Assembly (NCBI GenBank): GCA_021733945.1
Contig: JAIPJX010000005.1
Span: 12,034-76,033, forward strand
Origin: Verrucomicrobiota bacterium
GTDB lineage: Bacteria; Verrucomicrobiota; Verrucomicrobiia; Limisphaerales; SIBE01
DNA length: 64,000 bases
Reading direction: 5' to 3'
Within the stretch, counting starts at the first letter, position 1; every line of letters begins with the position of its first letter. Made by a program: the position numbers and the translations under genes. Under the pieces are notes generated by a model, which had not been told where the DNA came from, did no database searches, and saw only the letters and a list, made by a program, of their open reading frames with translations. Of the stretch, positions 59,898 through 64,000 are shown one piece after another.

Positions 59898-60130
59898 TTC
59901 GAGGAAACCGGCAACTTCGGGAGACACAGGGTTCCGATGCAGACGTTTGCCAGGCTTTTTTCCCCGGTGTTCGTGAATGTTCCATGAGGATATTCATAAA
60001 ACATTATACACCAACAAGATACAATTCTTCCAGTGCTTCGGGATCTGGAAAACAGCAGGATGCGGATGGATTTGAACAAACCTGCCTGGAACAATACCCC
60101 GGTACAGAACCCAAGCGCCGGGACCTGACA

Positions 60131-60145
60131 TTAGAATTATTCTAA
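60131..60145. promoter_or_regulatory. Fur-family operator: perfect 7-1-7 inverted repeat TTAGAAT-T-ATTCTAA
   Basis: 13/15 to the PerR/Fur 7-1-7 consensus TTATAATnATTATAA. It lies 3 nt upstream of a TTGACA -35 hexamer and 51 nt upstream of the fur-like gene. Confidence 0.6.
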
Positions 60146-60148
60146 GTA

Positions 60149-60176
60149 TTGACAACCGTTGTCCCCGATGTAATTT
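60149..60176 (+). promoter_or_regulatory. Sigma70-like promoter: TTGACA, 16-nt spacer, TAATTT
   Basis: Consensus -35 at 60149-60154 and a -10-like hexamer at 60171-60176, about 20 nt upstream of the fur ATG. Confidence 0.5.
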
Positions 60177-60195
60177 TCACGGTTCTTGTTTCGTA

Positions 60196-60627
60196 ATGGA
60201 AAACGGTGTTGCCAATCAACTCAACGAACGCCTCGCCACGAGCGGCCTCAGACTGACTGCTCAACGGCAGCAGGTCTATGACGTCCTGTTGCAGCGGCGC
60301 GATCATCCGACCGCTGAAGAGGTATTCATCCGGTCCAAACAGGGGAGTCCCGAGATCTCCATCGCCACCGTTTACAACTGCCTGGACACGCTGGTGAAAT
60401 GCGGACTCGTGAGGCAGGTCAATCTCGATCGAAGCGCGACCCGGTATTGTCCCAACATGCACGAGCATTTTCATTTCTATTGCGACACGTGCGGGACCAT
60501 TTACGATATTGATGCACCACCGGAAGGCTCGCTGCCCGCTGTTCAGGTTCCCAAGGGCTTTACCGTGGGACACTGCGAGATCTCGGTGCGCGGGTCCTGC
60601 CCCGCCTGCAGCGCGGGTGCGGTCTGA
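60196..60627 (+). CDS. fur: Fur-family metalloregulator (Fur/PerR-like)
   Basis: 143 aa. It has a winged helix (LRLTAQRQQVYDVL...HPTAEEVF...ISIATVYNCLDTLV), HEHFHFYC, and two CxxC pairs (CDTC, CPAC). Confidence 0.85.
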   Translation: MENGVANQLNERLATSGLRLTAQRQQVYDVLLQRRDHPTAEEVFIRSKQGSPEISIATVYNCLDTLVKCGLVRQVNLDRSATRYCPNMHEHFHFYCDTCGTIYDIDAPPEGSLPAVQVPKGFTVGHCEISVRGSCPACSAGAV

Positions 60628-60684
60628 GCTGCACCGCTTGACGATGAACAGTTTTGCTGAATTGAGACGTTTGACTCCACACCC

Positions 60685-62133
60685 ATGACAACTGCGACGG
60701 AAACAATTGAGGGATTCGTAAAGAACGAATACAAATACGGGTTCATCACGGACCTGGAATCCGAGTCAACCCCTCCGGGTCTGAACGAGGATATCATCCG
60801 GTTCATTTCTGAAAAAAAGGGCGAACCTGAATTCCTGCTCGAGTGGCGCCTCAAAGCGTACCGCTACTGGCTCAAAATGGTCGAACCCCAATGGCCGCAG
60901 GTCAAATATCCAAAAATCGATTTCCAGAAGATCGTCTATTACTCGGCTCCGAAGAAGAAGACCGACGGTCCCAAGAGCCTGGATGAGGTGGACCCGAAAC
61001 TCCTGGAGACCTATGAAAAACTCGGAATCCCGCTGCGCGAACGTGGACGTCTGGCCGGCGTGGCGGTGGATGCGGTGTTCGACAGCGTTTCGGTGGCCAC
61101 CACCTTCAAGGGAACGCTGGCTGCCAAGGGGGTCATCTTTTGCTCCTTCAGCGAGGCGGTCCGGGAGCATCCCGAACTGATCCGGAAATACCTCGGAAGT
61201 GTCGTGCCGTATACCGACAATTTTTACGCGGCGTTAAATTCTGCGGTTTTCAGTGATGGATCCTTTTGCTTTATTCCCAAGGGGGTTCGATGTCCGATGG
61301 AGTTGTCCACCTATTTCAGGATCAACGCAGCCAACACGGGACAGTTCGAACGGACCCTCATTGTTGCCGAAGACAACTCCCATGTCAGTTACCTCGAAGG
61401 ATGCACCGCGCCGATGCGGGATGAGAATCAGCTCCACGCCGCGGTTGTCGAGTTGGTTGCCCTGGAGGGAGCCGAGATCAAGTATTCAACCGTGCAGAAC
61501 TGGTATCCCGGCGATGAACAGGGTCGGGGCGGAATTTACAACTTTGTCACCAAACGTGGCCTGTGCAAGGGGCGAAAATCCAAGATCAGCTGGACTCAGG
61601 TGGAAACCGGATCAGCAATCACCTGGAAGTACCCGAGCGTGGTTCTTCAGGGAGATGATTCGACCGGGGAGTTCTATTCGGTCGCAGTCACGAATAATTT
61701 CCAGCAGGCCGACACCGGCACCAAGATGGTGCATATCGGCAAGAACACACGCAGCACGATCATCTCGAAGGGCATCTCCGCCAAGAACGGCCAGAACAGT
61801 TATCGGGGACAGGTGAAGATTCAGAAGAGCGCCGTTGGCGCCAGGAACTTTTCGCAGTGCGATTCCCTCCTGATCGGCAACCGGTGTGGAGCGCACACGT
61901 TTCCCTACATCGAGGTCAAGAACGCCACCGCCAGTGTGGAACACGAAGCGACCACCTCCAAGATCGGCGAGGACCAGATTTTTTACTGCAATTCCCGGGG
62001 CATTGAAACCCAGGACGCGGTGAACATGATTGTGAACGGGTTTTGCAAGGAGGTGTTCAAGGAGCTGCCCATGGAATTCGCGGTCGAGGCACAAAAACTC
62101 CTGGGGGTCAGTCTCGAGGGCAGCGTTGGCTGA
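60685..62133 (+). CDS. sufB: Fe-S cluster assembly scaffold SufB
   Basis: 482 aa. [18 protein letters not shown]-like ([16 protein letters not shown]) and the C-terminal [22 protein letters not shown] are typical of SufB. Confidence 0.93.
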   Translation: MTTATETIEGFVKNEYKYGFITDLESESTPPGLNEDIIRFISEKKGEPEFLLEWRLKAYRYWLKMVEPQWPQVKYPKIDFQKIVYYSAPKKKTDGPKSLDEVDPKLLETYEKLGIPLRERGRLAGVAVDAVFDSVSVATTFKGTLAAKGVIFCSFSEAVREHPELIRKYLGSVVPYTDNFYAALNSAVFSDGSFCFIPKGVRCPMELSTYFRINAANTGQFERTLIVAEDNSHVSYLEGCTAPMRDENQLHAAVVELVALEGAEIKYSTVQNWYPGDEQGRGGIYNFVTKRGLCKGRKSKISWTQVETGSAITWKYPSVVLQGDDSTGEFYSVAVTNNFQQADTGTKMVHIGKNTRSTIISKGISAKNGQNSYRGQVKIQKSAVGARNFSQCDSLLIGNRCGAHTFPYIEVKNATASVEHEATTSKIGEDQIFYCNSRGIETQDAVNMIVNGFCKEVFKELPMEFAVEAQKLLGVSLEGSVG

Positions 62134-62223
62134 GGAACCCAGATGATCCGGAAGAATCCTATCTTTACTTACACATTCGAATGAGCGGCGCCGAATCGCC
62201 GCCCCTATTAAATCAGAGAATCC

Positions 62224-62994
62224 ATGAAGCAGCCTATACTTGAGATAACCAACCTTCGCGCCGGTGTGGAGGGAAAAGAAATTTTGAAGGGACTCAACCT
62301 TCGCATCAGCGAGGGGGAAGTCCATGCCGTGATGGGACCCAACGGAAGCGGCAAGAGCACCCTCGCCTCCATCCTGGCGGGCCGCGACGGATACACCATC
62401 ACCGACGGACAGATTGTCTACGGTGGAGTTGACCTGGTCGAAATGTCGCCGGAGGTGCGCGCGCGGGAGGGGGTCTTTCTCGCTTTCCAGTACCCGGTCG
62501 AAATACCGGGGGTGAACACAACCTACTTCCTCAAGGCGGCACTCAATGAGGTCCGCAAACACAACGGTCTCTCCGAGTTGGACGCCATGGAATTCCTCAC
62601 GCTCGTCAAGGAGAAGATGAAAATCCTGCATCTCCCGGAGGACTTCCTCAAACGCCCGGTCAACGCGGGGTTCTCGGGCGGTGAAAAGAAGCGGAACGAA
62701 ATCTTCCAGATGGCGGTACTGGATCCGAAACTGGCTATCCTTGATGAAACCGATTCGGGTCTGGACATCGATGCGCTCAAGGTGGTGTCCGCCGGAGTCA
62801 ACAAGCTCAAACGGGCGGACAACGCGCAACTGGTGATCACCCATTACCAGCGGTTGCTCGATTACATCGTGCCCGACTTCGTTCATGTTCTGTCCAACGG
62901 CAGGATCGTTCGTTCCGGCGGCAAGGAACTGGCTCTTGAGCTCGAGGAACGCGGGTACGATTGGATCGTCAAAGAGGACCTGCAAACAGCCTGA
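62224..62994 (+). CDS. sufC: Fe-S cluster assembly ATPase SufC
   Basis: LEITNLRAGVEGKEILKGLNL, GPNGSGKST, FSGGEKKRNEI and ILDETDSGLDIDAL are present. Confidence 0.93.
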   Translation: MKQPILEITNLRAGVEGKEILKGLNLRISEGEVHAVMGPNGSGKSTLASILAGRDGYTITDGQIVYGGVDLVEMSPEVRAREGVFLAFQYPVEIPGVNTTYFLKAALNEVRKHNGLSELDAMEFLTLVKEKMKILHLPEDFLKRPVNAGFSGGEKKRNEIFQMAVLDPKLAILDETDSGLDIDALKVVSAGVNKLKRADNAQLVITHYQRLLDYIVPDFVHVLSNGRIVRSGGKELALELEERGYDWIVKEDLQTA

Positions 62995-63022
62995 GCCGGG
63001 CAATGCCACCTTCCTGAACCTG

Positions 63023-64000
63023 ATGACCTCCATCCAATCCAAACCAACGCCGGCTGTCGCCGATCCCATGGTGCGCGAGTTCGAACGCAGGGCGGGCCAG
63101 ACGCCGACCACGGAACCATCCTGGGTGTTGCCCCTGCGCAGGGCGGGTTTCAACCGGTTCTCCGAAACCGGATACCCGACGATTCGTGACGAAGACTGGC
63201 GATTCACGAACATTGCTCCCGTCGCGAAGCTGCCGTTTCAAACCGCATCCCTGCCCGGTGCGGAATCCGTGACGGCCGAGCAGATCGACACTGCGACGTT
63301 CGGGACTCTTCCGGGGCCGCGACTGGTTTTCGTGAACGGCTACTTCTCGGCGGCGCTCTCGCGCCCGTCCGATCCAACCGCCAAAAGCACGATAGGCAAT
63401 CTGGCCGCTCACCTCGAAGGGAATGCTTCGGTGATCCAGCCGCTGCTGACTCCTTCGCAGCACATCCTGGATGATCCGTTTGCCTGCTTGAACACGGCGT
63501 TTTTTCAGGATGGCGCATTCATCCACGTGCCGGCTGGCGCTGAATTGAAGGATCCGATTCACCTGGTGTTCATCGCCACCAACGAAGCGAAGGGTGCTTC
63601 AATCCACACGCGCAACCTGATCATTGCTGAAGCCGGATCCCGGTTCACAGTCATCGAAAGCTGCATCAGCTTCGGCGCACAGGCGTATGTCGCCAATTCG
63701 TGCAGCAATTTCGTGGTTCGGGAGGGTGCCTCACTGGAGCATGTCAAATTTCAGGACGAGAGTCCGGATGCCTTTCATCTGGCAAACCTGCATTCGGACC
63801 TCGGGGCCGCGAGTCAATATACCTCGCATTCATTTGCCCTCGGTGGCCTGATTTCCAGGAATACCATTCGGTCCAAACTCAATGGCCCGGGACTGGAGTG
63901 CATCTTCAACGGGCTCTACGTAACCCGTCGGAACCAGGTGGCGGATCATCACATGGTGATCAACCACAATGAACCCAACTGTGCGAGCCACGAATATTTT
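63023..64000 (+). CDS. sufD: Fe-S cluster assembly protein SufD (3' end beyond the window)
   Basis: The frame is open from the ATG at 63023 to the window end, so it is absent from the ORF track. My translation reads MTSIQSKPTPAV...RDEDWRFTNIAP...FIHVPAGAELKDPIHLVFI...HHMVINHNEPNCASHEYF, which is the SufD pattern. Operon position after sufC. Confidence 0.85.
   Translation, partial: MTSIQSKPTPAVADPMVREFERRAGQTPTTEPSWVLPLRRAGFNRFSETGYPTIRDEDWRFTNIAPVAKLPFQTASLPGAESVTAEQIDTATFGTLPGPRLVFVNGYFSAALSRPSDPTAKSTIGNLAAHLEGNASVIQPLLTPSQHILDDPFACLNTAFFQDGAFIHVPAGAELKDPIHLVFIATNEAKGASIHTRNLIIAEAGSRFTVIESCISFGAQAYVANSCSNFVVREGASLEHVKFQDESPDAFHLANLHSDLGAASQYTSHSFALGGLISRNTIRSKLNGPGLECIFNGLYVTRRNQVADHHMVINHNEPNCASHEYF

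Noticed and set aside
59768-60094. 108-aa minus-strand ORF, and a 49-aa plus-strand ORF in the mnmG-fur spacer
   Set aside because: The first overlaps the mnmG 3' end. Both have odd composition, and neither has an RBS or recognisable motif. More likely a non-coding spacer.
61612-63213. 533-aa minus-strand ORF across sufB-sufC-sufD. Similar long antisense ORFs occur at 10303-11391, 13633-14652, 16047-16991, 17362-18081, 18787-19689, 21076-22026, 23291-24139, 27603-28700, 29234-30211, 33315-34394, 35818-36648, 39111-39929, 39881-40630, 41221-42216 and 50763-51929.
   Set aside because: All lie opposite strongly supported genes and have low-complexity, Arg/Gly/Pro/His-rich composition. This is the expected stop-codon-poor antisense frame of GC-rich DNA.

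Overview
GC-rich bacterial chromosomal window. The gene content looks like the PVC superphylum (Verrucomicrobiota/Planctomycetota-like): an H-X9-DG pseudopilin, a DUF1592/DUF1552 pair, a large PQQ-type propeller and a HEAT-repeat lipoprotein. All product calls come from reading the translations and recalling family motifs; no searches were run.

The window appears to lie near the replication origin. It carries:
- rpmH-rnpA-yidD-yidC-jag (minus strand), with a 5' partial leuA downstream
- an orphan pilC next to a sigma54 response regulator, then fba and a vapBC pair
- a block of secreted or unknown-function proteins
- two paralogous alpha/beta-hydrolases flanking a PQQ-propeller gene and an IS200-like (RAYT) transposase gene
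- a GYF/DUF2752 membrane-protein trio
- dnaN-lspA-miaA, a decayed GH10 gene, a hybrid histidine kinase, and a 1.2 kb non-coding gap
- glnB-dnaA, an RluA-family synthase, an OpuC-type ABC transporter, dnaE, pgi and mnmG
- fur-sufB-sufC, with sufD partial at the 3' window edge

Three real genes are missing from the ORF track: leuA and sufD (both run off the window edges) and rpmH (45 aa). I saw no rRNA, tRNA or CRISPR array.

The most interesting signals are not genes:
- two exact copies of the perfect 16-bp palindrome TGTTCCACGTGGAACA, a parS-type centromere site, one of them inside an expanded loop of mnmG
- helically phased DnaA-box-like repeats upstream of dnaA, with the same 9-mer upstream of dnaN
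- a strong orphan terminator in the 1.2 kb gap, suggesting an sRNA
- a Leu-rich leader ORF plus terminator just upstream of leuA
- a perfect 7-1-7 Fur-family box upstream of fur-suf
- an OpuC-type permease fused to a circularly permuted binding domain and split by a frameshift

I did not find a convincing new multi-gene system such as a defence island. The unknown-function clusters are reported at modest interest.
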